Shown: positions 36,330 through 50,790, counted from the first letter of the stretch. The stretch is 64,000 bases of DNA from Octopus vulgaris (GCA_951406725.2 OX597818.1:66650001-66714000), one strand, 5' to 3'. Translations and numbers: made by a program. The notes: generated by a model not told the origin, from the letters alone.

Positions 36330-37920
36330 CAGTGGCGGCCAAAATGTTCAGAACGGCATTGTTTTTGTCAGAAAAGTTGTTTTATATTCTATAATTTTCA
36401 CAGACAATAAATACGAGATTTTGGTGTAATTTGAGAGGATAATACAAAAGTTATGGATGATTTAGTGATTTACTGCAAAACCCATGGCGGCCAAAATGAT
36501 CAGAACGGTTGCTTTTTATCCGTGTTTTAGTATATTTAACCAGTGAACTCTAATGTTTTGAATTTTTTACGTGACAGTTCGTTTACTAAACATTAGTAAG
36601 AATCTTTGCAGTGTACTTTGTTAATATAATGCCACTTACTCCGTTACCAATTCGTCAGCAGATTATTAAGCTTCGAAGGTAGGATAATTTAAGTATTGGA
36701 TCTATTGCAAAGATTGTTAACAAGTCAAAAAGTGTTGTACACGGTATTCTTAAAGTCTACGATGATTGTTGTTCTTGTGAAGCAAGATAGTTTACAGGTA
36801 GGCCAAGAAAAACGACCAAGAGAGAAGATCGTGCTATGGTAATGTTGGTTAAAAAGGACAGATTTAAAACTGCTGCTGCTGTTTCTCGGAAAATGAGCAT
36901 TGAATTAAAGAAAACTTTATCTCGAAAACTGTGTCTCATCGTTTAGTTGAACATGACCTACAAGCAAGAGCACCTGCAGTTAAGCCACTGATCAGCTCCA
37001 AGTATAAAAAGTGTCGCCTTACCTTTGCAACCGAACATGTGTTGTGGTCTCAAGAAAAACGGCAAACGGTGCATTTCAGTGATGAATCTAAGTTTATGTG
37101 ATTTGGCTCAGATGGGAAAAGGTACGTTCGTAGAAAAGTAGGTGAAAAATTGTCGCCTAAATGCCTTAAAACTAGTGTTAAATTCGGTGGAGGAAGTGTC
37201 ATGGTTTGGGGAATGATATCTGGAGATGGTGTGGGCCCTTTGGTGCGATTACATAGAAAGTTAAATGCAGGAGTTTATAAACAACTTGTAAAAGATCATG
37301 TCTTGCCCGTGCTGAGAAATTCAACTAAGCGACCACCCATATTCATGCAGGACAATACCTCAAGTCACAAGGCTAAGGTGGTCATGAAATTCCTCAAGCC
37401 TCAAAAGGTTATTGTTATGGATTGGCCAGCTCAAAGCCCAGATCTCAATACTATTGAAAATGTGTGGAATATTCTAGGAGAACGTTCGAAAGCCAGACAT
37501 CTTAAAACAACTGAGCAATTATGGAATGCCCTTCAGGAAGAATGGAATAAGATCACCCAGCAAGAAATTGAAAATTTAATTTCCTCATGCAGTCGAAGAT
37601 GTCAGCGTATGATTGAAGCTAAAGGGCTTCACACTAAATATTAAATAATTCCAGTATTCGTATTCTCTGTCATTATTGATTATTTTGTTATTTTTTCTAC
37701 CGTTCTGATCATTTTGGCCGCCATGAGTTTTGCAGTAAATCACTAAATCATCCATAGCTTTTGTATTATTCTCTCAAATTACACCAAAATCTTAGACAAT
37801 AACAATTAATATTGTATTTATTGTCTGTGAAAATTATAGAATATAAAACGACTTTAATAAAAACTTATACTTACTTTTCTGACGAAGACAGTGCCGTTCT
37901 GAACATTTTGGCCGCCACTG
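36330..37920 (+). mobile_element. Full-length Tc1-family DNA transposon with long IR/DR-type TIRs
   Basis: TIRs CAGTGGCGGCCAAAATGTTCAGAACGGCA.. at 36330-36509 and 37699-37920, each with an outer and an inner copy of TGGCGGCCAAAATG.TCAGAACGG. TA follows the right end; the left flank is TT. Confidence 0.93.
36629..37644 (+). pseudogene. Tc1 transposase (DD34E), inactivated
   Basis: MPLTPLPIRQQII..GRPRKTT..FSDESKF..VMVWG..FMQDN-(34)-E..WPAQSPDLNTIENVW. Three in-frame stops and one frameshift lie upstream of the 37150-37644 ORF. Confidence 0.9.
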
Positions 37921-38092
37921 TATATATAAATTCTTAGTGTGTGTGTATGTCTGTGAGTGTGTATTTGCGTGGTTCATATAACTTTATTCTATATAAATAA
38001 TAATAATATATAGACCTGCATGCGTGGGTTTGTATATGTGTAAGTGTGTATGTGTGTGTGCGTGTGTGTGTTTGTGTTTGTGTGTGTGCGTT

Positions 38093-38154
<62 letters not shown>

Positions 38155-39149
38155 GGAGCAACTGTGCCTAAACGCAGTGAAAACATTTCGCAATACCTGA
38201 ATTAGATAATCTGTCATCGAACCTATTTTGGCGCCGAGACAGGAACTTTAGTGGTTGTACCTGTCCAAAATACAGCTGCCATCCATATATTTTTACAAGC
38301 GGTTTAGTTTAAATTTTTTGTATTTTTCTATCGCCACAGTTTCGAATTAGAAATCCATCATCCCTTTTGCTTGGTGTGAATTCGTATGTTGAAGCATACT
38401 TTATTGTGTGAGTGAAGAGTCATTCTCTTTTAGCGTCTACTTTATGACCTAACACACTCACCGGTTCGATTTCCACTCATTTATTTCTCTCATTTTCTAA
38501 AATTTTCCTTGTGTCTTGCAAACGTCTCAATAATCGTTGACTTTGTCGGTTATCAGAGCTCATTTCCTTTTGTTTTTTATTTGTTGGTGTGTATGTGTAT
38601 ACAGGTATGTAGGTATGTGCATCTATATATATGCATGTTTGCATGTATGTGTATGCATATGTGTATGTATGTATGTATGCATGTGTGTACACTTTTATGT
38701 ATGTATTCTGTATATTCATTTCTTTGCATGTTTGTATGTGCATGTGTTTGCATGTGTGTGTGTATGAATTTGTGTGTGTGTGTACTTCTGTCACATTGTG
38801 TGTACATGTTTGTGTGTGATGGACAATAGGTGAGATATGAAATAACATGATATAGATAGGTGAGACATCTAGAAACATTACGGAAATACCACCTGGTCAT
38901 TTGAGACAATATGACGAGAAAAACAGTCCTCTATACACTACCAACATGGTGGCACACTAAGTCAAGTTGACACCCACATTTTATCCAAGCATCCGAAGGA
39001 CCCAACACTCAGACAAGTACAGGAGTACGTCCCCATAAAGGAATTATTCCCGGTGCTAAATAGGAAATATACATAGAAGGTAGTTATACTCCAATACCCA
39101 CAGTTTATATATACACAGGTAAAGATGTTAGTAGGCGGTTATATAGGCG

Positions 39150-39253
<104 letters not shown>

Positions 39254-40589
39254 TGTGTGTGTGTGTGTGTGTATAATGAGTAGTTAAATGTATGTGTAAA
39301 TAGTCAAATAGATACAAACAGGCTGAAATACATGACCGTGTACACACACACTGTACACATCCACATACCAACAAACAAGAACACACAAACACATTAATAT
39401 GTAGAATACATGCATATATATGCATGCGTACACACATACACACAAGCATAATACATAGATGTATACAAATGTACACTGACGCACACACCTTTGCACAAAC
39501 AAAGAAGCTAAAAGGAAGCAGCTCTGATAAGGGACACAGTCAAATACTATTGAAAAGATTGCTAGACGCAGAGAAAATTTCAGAAAAAATTGAATAGACG
39601 AGTGAAAATCAAACCAGTGAGTGTGTTAAATAATAAGGCACTAAAATAGAATGACTCTCCATGCTCACAATAAAATCATTAATTCTTCTGTCATGTTATT
39701 ACTAAAGTGTATTAGTAGGATTCTAAAATGTTTCATGCGTTTTCTAACGAACTGTGATCACGTGTGCTGGATATATTTTATAATTTACCTCTCTACAGTG
39801 ATTTTATTTACGCAGCTTTCAAGCGATTCGAACTAGATTTTTTTCTTTTCTTGCATACTAGGTACATTCCGTATATCAAAGTAAATAGCTTCATATACAA
39901 AATGTTCCTAATGTGTGTGCTAAACTGAAAAACTAGTTATAATTTGTAATGCGTGTGATATTAAATAGCGTGTAATGTGTATGATATAAAATATTTTTAA
40001 TGCACATTTAGCTTAGAAAGGTTAGTATAAAATATTGTAATGAATTAAATGCTTAATACAACATTAATGATCTGAAAATGATAACGAAAGTAGATTACTA
40101 AGTATCTTATTCTGTCACAAAATGTATTTCAGAAGGTTAACCATTAATAAAATTTACCAATTTAAAGTGCAATTATTAAAAATAAATTAAAGAAGCAATA
40201 CACAATACTGTCACAATCATATTTCCAAATTCATCTATTTCTGGTTGTCTATTTTGTTTTGAATATATTATAAAGCTCCAACCTAAAATTTTCTACAGGA
40301 GAAAGAGAGCCAAGAACAAACGAGGGAAATTTGTTTTCTTATAGATTATCGGAATCTGGAGTGTTTTGCAAGCTTCAACAACTATGTGGTAGAAATATTT
40401 TCGCAATAGTTTGAGATCGTCTTTAACATATATACAATCAAGTTCAGAGATAATTCTCACTGGTGGAATTTCAAAAATATATATAGTTATATTAAATGTC
40501 GTTGAGGACTTTTTGTTTTGAAGTATAATTCCATTAACTTTCGGATCTGTATATTTTCCTTGATTTATTTCCAAATGTTTTCTTTTTGT

Positions 40590-41930
40590 GAAGCTTTTAA
40601 TTTCAGTGAGAACCTCTTTATGAAGTATATCTCCATTGTTTTACGGAAGTTTTGGTCGTTCCTAGAGCATTTGTGGAAGGGGAAGATTTTGAATTTTCCT
40701 TTTCCCATATTTCAAAATTTTTGCGCAGGGAAAATTTTCGTCACTCCTCTAGTCTGATGTGTTTTCTATGGATTCTTGCGCGCTGGCAAAGGGTATGATT
40801 GACTTTGCCAGTATAATTCTCCATGAATTGGGGCAATTAATGCGGTATATTAGTATTTGTGTCTTGAAGTTTATATTTGCATTTACCTTCAATAAGAATC
40901 CACTCTTAAATTTTATGTGGGTGTCCCTGTCTTTGTATTTGTAATTGATTTTGTTTTTGCATATTTTATATCTGCTGTCTCCACATTCCTTTATGGAGAA
41001 TTCTGTTTCAGTTTCTGACGTCAATTTTGCTCTTGTAAGTTGTTTTTAAGATTTTCTTCCTGACGTTTACTATTTCGCGGGTAACATCTGTCTATCAGGT
41101 TTCTCATTTTTGATCCTGTGAGAGTATTTGTAGGTTTGATTGCCTAACGTGGAAAATATTGGTTATTCATGGGTTGAATGTGTTAATAAATGGAATAGTA
41201 TCTTCCTTGTTTTTTTTCGTTTGGTGTCCTATTGTGTCTAAAGTTCTAATTTCATTGCTTTCAAGATTCCATTATTTATAAGTTTGATCTAGTAAGTTTT
41301 TGAGTTCATCGAGTCTAATTTGGCCAATTTGTAGGTCAGTTACTATGATGTAGGTGCGCCTTGCTGTACTGTAAGAGATGTTCCTTTTGATGCAAGGGGA
41401 GTGGCAAGAGTAGAAATTTAAATATTGGTGTATGTCTGATTTTTTGTTTGTAAACTATGTCTGTTGTGATAATGGCAGTATGTGTGTTGATGTGAATGTT
41501 TGGGAATGATAGTCCATTGCAGCTGCCTTCTGTTATTAATTTGATAGATGTGTGCAGTGTTCAGAGGTTGTTGGGAAATGTTCGTAAGTCTTCCTTTGGT
41601 CTATCGCAACAAATGTAGCAGTCATAAAAGTAGCGTTTCCACATCTTCACGATGTTCTCCTTGAAGTTGTGAAGAAAGGATTTTCATACTTCCTCGTAAA
41701 TTCTACTTTCAAGGTAACCCACAAGTACGTTGGCATATGTGGTGTGGGTTCAAATTTCGTACCCATACACATTCCCTTTATTTGTAGGTATACCTTATTA
41801 TCACATCTAGAAATGTTCTCTTCTAATACTAGACGAGTGGCTTTGGTAATAAAGTCTGTTTTGAAACGTTCATCGATATATCTTTTGTGTTGCTTACCCA
41901 GGAAGAACATTCGATAACTGGACAACCTAG
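40590..41930 (-). pseudogene. Decayed Penelope-like element RT + GIY-YIG endonuclease
   Basis: Minus strand YLQIKGMCMGTKFEP..YAN, WKRYFYDC (W.RY.DD), HQYLNFYSCH..KRNISYS, ECGDSR..C, LIYRINCP..YTG..L.QR..IH; many stops and frameshifts. Confidence 0.85.
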
Positions 41931-42118
41931 AATCGGATAATGCAGGACCGGTTACTGACTCTTCAGATACGTTTGACGACGTAAATTTGATCAGTCTTCG
42001 TCAGCTGCATTTACCTAGACGATATTTCAAATGTTGCCACATCAATGCCAGTATACACGCCTGAACGCTTTGCCGTTAAGAGAATGAGAACAGTGAAAGA
42101 GTTTTCAATGAAAAATAA

Positions 42119-42256
42119 TATTGCAATACAAATGTATTACCTTCCAGTAAAATAAAATATTGGTGCCTTTTTGTACCACTTATCTGATTTTAGATGTATA
42201 ATTCTACCCTCATGGGGTTTTATTTTACTGGAAAGTAATATATTTGTATTGCAATA
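42119..42256. mobile_element. 138-bp MITE-like element with 39-bp TIRs
   Basis: TATTGCAATACAAATGTATTACCTTCCAGTAAAATAAAA (42119-42157) versus its reverse complement at 42218-42256, 2 mismatches. Confidence 0.75.
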
Positions 42257-42268
42257 TATATATATATA

Positions 42269-42576
42269 CCTTTATATATAAAACTGAAGTTGTGTGTGTG
42301 AGTGTCTGTCTACTCCGATTTAGATTCCTAACTACTCCCACATTTTGCGGTGCAGTTTAACCAAAAGCGGGTATCTTATAGACGTTATTCATATCGAGCC
42401 CTTCTGGGTATTAGGGCGCGTCTACGATGAGTCTACGATTTAAAAAATAAATTACTATAATTTGTTTCGTTTTTAATGAATTTTGAACTCGGTTTTATTT
42501 AAGGGAAGTAACTCTCTAAAAATGCTTATATAGTTATTTCCCTTACAAACCCGAGCAACGCCGGGCGATACTGCTA

Positions 42577-42577
<1 letters not shown>
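42269..42577 (+). mobile_element. Non-autonomous Helitron
   Basis: 5' (C)CTTTATATATAAAACTGAAGTTGT; subterminal hairpin CCCGAGCAACGCCGGG (42550-42565); 3' CTAG followed by T; sits in (TA)n. Confidence 0.8.
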
Positions 42578-42663
<86 letters not shown>

Positions 42664-42775
42664 AGGGATTATTACTAAGTGAACATATCGTCTGACCACT
42701 AAGAAATAATTGATCTCAAGAAAATACAGCAAACGCCAGAACGTAAGCGAGCAAGACAATTGATGTATAATTTAT

Positions 42776-42833
<58 letters not shown>

Positions 42834-43427
42834 GTGCGTATGATTACATCTATGTATATACTATCACTATCGTTTAAGTGCTGTATATTATGAAATATAT
42901 ACATAAAATTTACGAGTACCTCCAGGAATATCCAGGTATATGATATGAAATCTTGCAAACATATATATATATATACCCGTGCACACGCACGTTTATACTT
43001 TAAAATATAAGAATGTTTACACGTACATGTGTATTCGTAAGTTTCACTTTGGTGTTGTGCTTTGAATTATATTGATTTAATTATATCCATGTGCAAACAG
43101 GGAAATACGTCGAGGTTTGTACATTTTTCTAATTAGATATTCCTCTCAATATATAGCATAGATTAAGCTTTACATTTATCACTACGAGTAAAATTATATT
43201 ACAACAAATCGTAGAAGTGAAGATAAAAAGTAATGTGAAATGTTGTCCATATTTCCACTTGCTATGTATATGGAAATGTATAAATGAATTCGACTGTCGT
43301 TGCATTTCAATATTTTGTACACGAATAGACATAGGTGGGTCCTGAAATAGAATGAATGTTGCGTTTGTTATTAATAACTACGTGTATCCATACACACAAA
43401 CACACACACTGATAGAGAGATATATAG

Positions 43428-43507
<80 letters not shown>

Positions 43508-43664
43508 GTGTGTGTATATATACATATACATATAGATATAGATAGAGATAGATAGATAGAGAGAGAAAGAGAGAGAGAGAGACAGAGAGAGATATATCAG
43601 TGTGTAGTGGGTGTATACATATTTTGAAATTATGTATACATATAATATACAACGCGCGCACATA

Positions 43665-44060
43665 AACGCAAGGAAAATAAACGATATCACAGAATTTAAT
43701 CATCGATATCGTCTACATAAAATCAACTTTTATTCCCTCGAACGCCATTGCAATAACTATATAATTTGTATGATGTGGCAAATATTTCAACATCATTTTC
43801 CAACTGATGATAGCACAAACTCTCAGATTCACCTAAGTTTTGGTTCCAGTATCATCCGGTTTCTACGAAAATCACTCGCACACACATCACTTTACAACAT
43901 CAAGGCCTTAACTGGCCCTGCTCTCTTTAACATCATACCAAGACACGTAAGATAATAAAGAACTCCAAGCGGTTTCTGGCTAAATAACCCCATCAAATTA
44001 AAGATAAACGGACGTATCTCAGCAAACAATAACACTTTTATCAAAAGGCGGTCATATTAA
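43665..44060 (+). pseudogene. Decayed 3' fragment of CR1 LINE (same type as 2797-3927)
   Basis: ARKINDITEFNHRYRLHKINFYSLERH..YIICMMWQIFQHHFP..GPALFNIIP. Confidence 0.7.
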
Positions 44061-44110
44061 AGAATGACTGCAATATGAAAACAACTTTATATGTGTTTGG
44101 CATATATATT

Positions 44111-44206
<96 letters not shown>

Positions 44207-44425
44207 ATATATATAAGTTCAGCAAAATTTAGATTCAGAGTTACATAATCTACAGACGGAGAAGAACAAACTACCACCATGTTCTTAATGATAAAATTAA
44301 CCTCTATATGCGGCTGATGATTGCTCGACATTTTAAAGCTGATGTTATACTTACAGTGTTTAATAAAATGAAGTAGCATGAAACAATTGTACTACACTAC
44401 CTTGGATATTCTTGTTGCTTAGTTC

Positions 44426-44463
<38 letters not shown>

Positions 44464-44489
44464 CCACACACACACACACACACATATAA

Positions 44490-44524
<35 letters not shown>

Positions 44525-44531
44525 TATATTT

Positions 44532-44607
<76 letters not shown>

Positions 44608-46059
44608 TAATGTAGGATAAAAATTTTTCGAAAAAAATTTTATCAATGGCCAGTATATTCAAAATTACTTTTGAAGGTTAAAATTATAAACAACTTATAA
44701 ATGAGGGCAAATGAAAAAATTTCTAATGCCAAATATGCAAAAATTAGACACATTGTCAATAACCATTATACTTTTTTCACAATACGCACGCTACTCAAAA
44801 AAGGTCGACAGAAATTTCTAAAAAATTCCATTATTACCATATCGGACCGATTTCAGGGTTAGTACGTAAGAACCCTCCCTTCGTCAGTGATAAATGTGGC
44901 AAAGAAATAAAATAGATACTTACTCATATCCATGGAAAAAGCAAACACTAAGTTATGAGCACAAATAAGTGCCCCAAATACATCCAAAATAGAAATTCTC
45001 CAGCCCATTCTCATAATATTTTCTAATTTTTTATATGATTTTTCTTGAAAGTGTCGTTGATTTTTCAGGACATATGTTTTAATGAATTTTGTACTGATAT
45101 TGTGCATTTTGATATTCTTGTATTGACGAATGAATATTTGCCTTAAAATTCAATTATATTTCCACTGACCAAAGTCATGTCTTTAAATATATGCTATATT
45201 TTCTTCATGAACTTGACTGAGAAATGGAGCTTGTTATCAGGTGTGGTTTCCTTGACAACATAGTGGCTTCATTCAAGGTTTGATTTAATAAACCACCAAT
45301 CTTTATCATTTCTCCTCACACATTTGCTGTTGCTAAACAGAGCGACTTGGAAACTGTCTTGTTTTTGCAGCAGTTTCGCACTAAAGCATAATGTTCTCCT
45401 TATCGATGTAGCTTCCCCTTTTTATATAACTGTGTGAGGAATATTATGTAACTATCTCTGAAAAGTTTTATACACCGCCTTTCCTTCATCCTAAGCTATT
45501 CAACAATAAGTGGTTTCATTTTAAATTGCATTTTTATTATAAACAGCTGCTTCTTCGGTTTGTAACAAAGAATATTATAATTTGAAAACATAATATGCAT
45601 TCAAAAGAAATGTTTAGACTTTGGCATTTATTCCATTAACTACGTGATACACTGAATGTTTTCCAAGCATGTTCCAACGAATTGGAAGATATTTAAATGC
45701 TATGTAAATGTAAGTATTTGTGTATGAACCAGATTGAACCATGTACAGTTGGCCGATAACGAAGCTCAGGATATAAATCTTGTGATCTAATATTCACTTT
45801 GTCACTTGATGCTCTGTAATGGAATATTCTTTTTGCACGCCAAATGCAAACTGTTTCGGGGACAAACAAAGATTATGTGGCTTCAATACAGGGTACAAAA
45901 AAAAGCGCATGGTTCAAAATTCGGCTCACGACTGTAACTCATCTTACAAAAACAATTACAAAAAAGACAGAGAGCATAATGATGGCAGCGTAGGACCAAG
46001 CTTTGGTCCCAAACTGGAGGGTTAAGCTTAGAGATGCGTGTCTCTACTGCGTCGCGTCC

Positions 46060-46330
46060 GCAATATTCCTTATTCCATGTAAGCCTGGTGCTTATTCTAT
46101 CAGTCTCTTCTGCCGAACAGGTATGTTACGGGGACGCAAACACACCAGCATCGGTTATCAAACTAATGATGCAGAGACAAACACGTACACAAGTACTCAC
46201 ACACACACACACTCTCTCTCTCTCACACACACATATACATATATACATATATATGATGGTTTTCTTTCAGTTTCCGTCTACCAAGTTCATTCACCGGTCT
46301 TTAGTCGGTCCGAGGCTATAGTAGCAGACA
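46060..46330 (-). mobile_element. Partial family A SINE
   Basis: CTTATTCTATCAGTCTCTTCTGCCGAAC..AAACACACCAGCATCGGTT..TTCTTTCAGTTTCCGTCTACCAA..CGAGGCTATAGTAG. Confidence 0.8.
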
Positions 46331-47465
46331 ATCTTTAATGAATAGAGTTGAATTTCGTGTAGCCACATTTTGGCAACTTTTCTCCTCCACCCATTTTTTA
46401 GAGGGTATTACCCGATTTTCTGGGATTTTTACACAACTTTACCCCATTCGAAATTTTCATTAATGTTTGCATGAAAAAAAAGGAAGGGATGCGGGGCTTG
46501 TTTGTAGTTTATAGAGAAAATATTAAACATGCCTGAAAACAGCATCATGTTTCCCCCCATCAACGATAAGACATACAGAACTATGAAAGAAGGCGAATAA
46601 GTATCGGGGGTGGGGGAAGAAGAGAGAGGTAACACTCGATCGTTCTCGGACTCTCAGAATAAAAGCGTAAACACCGGAAAGGCATTCCTCTACTCATTTC
46701 TAAATGTCCTTCCCTCTTCATTGTGAAAGGTACAGAAGCTAGAACGGATCGATAGTATTTCATTCTATCATTGTAAATGACCGAGGGTTTCCTTTATCTG
46801 TCTCTATCACTTCATGTCTTTTCTCTACGGTTAAGAGAGTGAAGGTGCGAGTATCAGTGCTTAGGGGTATTTGACCCACGATCGTAAAGTCATGAGTACG
46901 ATTACTTGCGACATGCAGTGTTCTTGGGCAAGGTACTCCACTTCTCTTTCCTTTGAGAAAGACTAAACGGGCTTATCCTGTCTCTTCATAATCTCATCTC
47001 ATTAAAAGTTCAGAATAATTTTTCCATCGTCTTGGCTTAACAACCCTCATCGTTTGTTTTTACTGTTTTGTTCTCATTGTTCTGTCTTCTACTCTTTTAA
47101 GTTTTTTATTGTTTTTAATGTTTTGTTCTCACATTCCTGTTCTTGTTACCACTTTCACCCTCCGCATGAAATTCTAAATTTTATTTAATTTGCTTTGCGG
47201 GAAGGACTGTTTCAAATAGTCGCGTCTTGTCCTTACCTTCAAACCACGGAGTATTTGAAACAGAGACAACTGAAGAAGGAGAATATACTTTATGCTGTAC
47301 GTCTCGTTTCTTTGTGTTTTTCGTTGTTTGAAAAAAAGTTCGTTTCTATATTTTAGTTCTTATGTTTTCGTTTCTCTTTGTGTTCAACGTTTTTTTTATG
47401 TCCTGTACCCATATATGCATGTATATACATGTATATGTAGGTATGTACATATATGTATGTATATA

Positions 47466-47523
<58 letters not shown>

Positions 47524-48504
47524 CGTCGCTTATGACTATGCATGTGTGTGGGCACGTGTTAAATTTGTTTTGCTTCAGCCCAGCGACAAGATGTCTGAAT
47601 TTGAATAGAGAAATCGTTGAAACCTGAAGCAGAAAAATTAATAGATATTTTTCTGGTGGATACACTTCTTGACGTAAATTCAGTATATATTTAGTGTCAT
47701 AATGGAATTATTCAACTGTTAGCTTATGATTTGTCTAACCCAAACAAATGATTTCACAGGCAATATAAGAGTTGTTTGAAATTTCTCTTCCAATAAAATG
47801 TAAATTCACAAGACTACTTCTCTCCGCTCTGTGTCCCCATTACTATCCTAAGGCAATGTAGGTCATGATTTTTAAAACATCTAGATTCATTAAATGGACG
47901 TTGATTTTAATTTCACAATATTCTTTGGTTCTATAAGTAACAAACCTATTCTCAAACACTTTCTCTTGTTTAATGTTTTCCGGAACATTATACAACATTA
48001 ACAATTAGTTGCAGTAAAACAGCTTATGGCTAAAATGACATATTTCTTTCATTTAATGCAACCGCCAATAAAGAAGTGATGTCCAGCGACAGTCAATATT
48101 TCTGCGACAATGGCTGACAGTTAAGTCATCTCCTATTATTACTACATTACACTTCAGAGCTTCTGGCATCACTCTCGTAAATATAGCTGTACATTAAAAG
48201 CTGTTTCGGTAATATGTTTACCGCATTCCCATTAAGAATATTGTAAACATTGCTGTGTACCTTTTGATCTTTTGATTTATATGCTAAATGTTAAAGGAAG
48301 TCTGGCAGTAGGTTTGTCACATGGGCTGCACATTTCGAAATAGGTTTGTGCTCAGCGATTTAAAATCAATAAATATTTTGTTCACATTGAATAACATATG
48401 TGTTTTGATTACTGATTATACAATCATTGTACATTGCTCCGTCCTGCGTGGGTTGTGCAGCTTTCTACATGTTTTGGTATTATGATGATGGCTATCTTAT
48501 AATT

Positions 48505-49100
48505 CAGCGAGCTGGCAGAAACGTTAGCGCGCCGGGGGAAGTGCTTAGCGGGATTTCGTCTGCCGTTACGTTCTGAGATCAAATTCCGCCGAGGTCGACT
48601 TTGCCTTTCATCCTTTCGAGGTCGATAAATTAAGTACCATTTACGCACTGGGGTCGATATAATCGACTTCAATCGTTTGTCTGTCCGTGTTTGTCCTCTC
48701 TGTATTTAGCCCCTTGTGGATAGTAAAGAAATAGGTATTTCGTCTACCGCTACATTCTGAGTTCAAATTTCGCCGAGGGTGACTTTGCCTTTCATTCTTT
48801 CGGGGTCGATTAAATAAGTACCAATTACGCACTGGGGTCTATATAATCGACTTAATCCGTTTCTGCCCTTGTTTGTTTCCTCTGTGTTTAGCCACTTGTG
48901 GGTAGTAAAGAAGTAGGTATTTCGTCTGTCTTCGCGTTCTGAGATCAAATTCCGCCGAGGTCGACTTTGCTTTTCATCCTTTCGGGGTCGATAAATAAAG
49001 TACCAGTTACGCACTGGGGTCGATATAATCGACTTAAATCGATTGTCTGTCCTTGTGTGTCCTCTCTGTATTTAGCCCCTTGTGGGTAATAAAGAAATAG
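48505..49100 (+). mobile_element. Family B SINE: one head plus three tandem ~183-bp bodies
   Basis: Units start at 48550, 48734 and 48916 with GG(T/G)ATTTCGTCT. Degenerate flanking repeat GATGGCTATCTTATAATTC / GATGGCTACCTTAAATTC. Confidence 0.9.
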
Positions 49101-50469
49101 AAGATGGCTACCTTAAATTCTGAGCACCATCTCTTCGCTATTGCTGAATATCACTGAATGCGTTTATTATGTAATGGTAGGTTTATATAAATATTTTATT
49201 GAAATATGATATCATTCTATTATGACAACATTAGGAATAGATATAAGAGCGACATATTAACGTAATATCACGTATGAAGACCGGATATTTTGAAGTAATT
49301 TTTTTTCAATAAATCCGCAGTTGTTACATATGAACCCTTCAGTAATTTTAAGATTATATCCTGTAAACTATTAATTGTAAACACACGCATACGCAGATTA
49401 TACACACATATCCCACATACATACACACACACAAACGCAGACACATAGGCAAAGATACACACCTACATATACATTGTCGTAGATAAGAACATATCAGCTG
49501 CAGTTTCATCTTTCAGCACATTTCTAATCCCAGATTATAGGGAAATAAGTGTTCATTCGTTGGTTATTTATTCCAGCATTTCAAACTACGTTTCGTCATT
49601 TTTGCTTTGAATTTTTATTTGGTGCTAGTTGGAATTTTGACCGTCAGCGTTAAAGCTCCTTCAGCTTTTTAGGCCTAAGTGTTGTGGCGACACAGCACCT
49701 AACTGACAACTGTTGCCTGATACTAGACAAGGAAAACTAGTTAAATAGAATGACCATTTACACTATGAAAAACAGTGGTTGGCCTCTGAGTCCACGCCAA
49801 CTGGGTGGGAGAAATTTCTAAGAAAATGACAGATTGTTTCTACATAGAGTTATTTCAGTAAGTCGCTGGTAGAGCATTGAGTCAAGAATACAATTATGGG
49901 CGGACATGGTATGAGAGACTCGCAGCTGTCTCCTCAGAAGTTCTCTCCCAACCTCTCTCTTGTGGCACCAATGGTATTCCAAGTACCAATATACATTGAG
50001 CTTAGTTTTATCGAAGAAACGTGTTATATTGTCGAAGGAAGATCGTTTTCTCTCTTGCTTAACATTTTTTCCATATGTGGATAATGTATAACAGATCGCA
50101 ATTTTTGATTCCGTGTTTGATTTCTTCTACATAAAATTTATTTACTATTTCACTCGTTCTGTCTATGCGAAACAGTAAGTTACACGCTTCAAAAACTGTC
50201 CTCATCAGGTTTCCTCTCTGCTCTATCATCATGGTCTACCTTACAAGCTTAGCTGCGTGAGAAGTCCAGAAGATGCTCTTGGTTGACCGTTTAGTTTTTT
50301 TTTAATATTTCTTAGTAGTTGTAGTGAATGTTCTCTGCATTCCGTGCAATATCATATGAGCTTGGATAGCACTAAGAATTTTGAATGCTCTTGCACCATA
50401 CTCAGAATACTTCTCTACTTATTGCCGACAATAACTGCGAGGTAGAAAGATTTTACGAGTTCACATAGG

Positions 50470-50790
50470 GACAGGTGTGGCTGTAGGGTTAGACGTTTAC
50501 TTCCCAACAACACGGTTCCACGTTCAGGCCCACTGCTTTGCATTTAGGGCTGGTGTTTTCTACTACATTATTAGGACGACCAAAGTCATGTGATTAGATT
50601 TGATAGAGATAAACTGAAAGAAGTCGGTCGTAGTATATGTGTCCGTTTTTGTCCACGTAACTTTGCTGTTTGGCGAAATCGACCGATAAAATAATTTAAA
50701 AAATACATTTCTGAGGTTCATTTATTAGACTAAACTTTCTTTAATGCGTTGCTCAAGGACGGCCAAAGTCTAATGATTGAAATAGGGACA
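50470..50790 (+). mobile_element. Degenerate family A SINE
   Basis: CAGGTGTGGCTGTAGGGTTAG..GTTCAGGCCCACTG..TTCTACTA..AAACTGAAAGAAG. Confidence 0.65.

Noticed and set aside
41955-42010. Hammerhead at the 5' side of the minus-strand Penelope remnant (CTGACGAAGAC...GTC)
   Set aside because: The GAAA core and stem I are not intact enough to call.
48550-49100. CRISPR-like or satellite array
   Set aside because: The units are whole SINE bodies with no unique spacers, in a eukaryotic context.
49690-50440. Possible old LINE remnant on the minus strand
   Set aside because: Too decayed to assign from the sequence alone.
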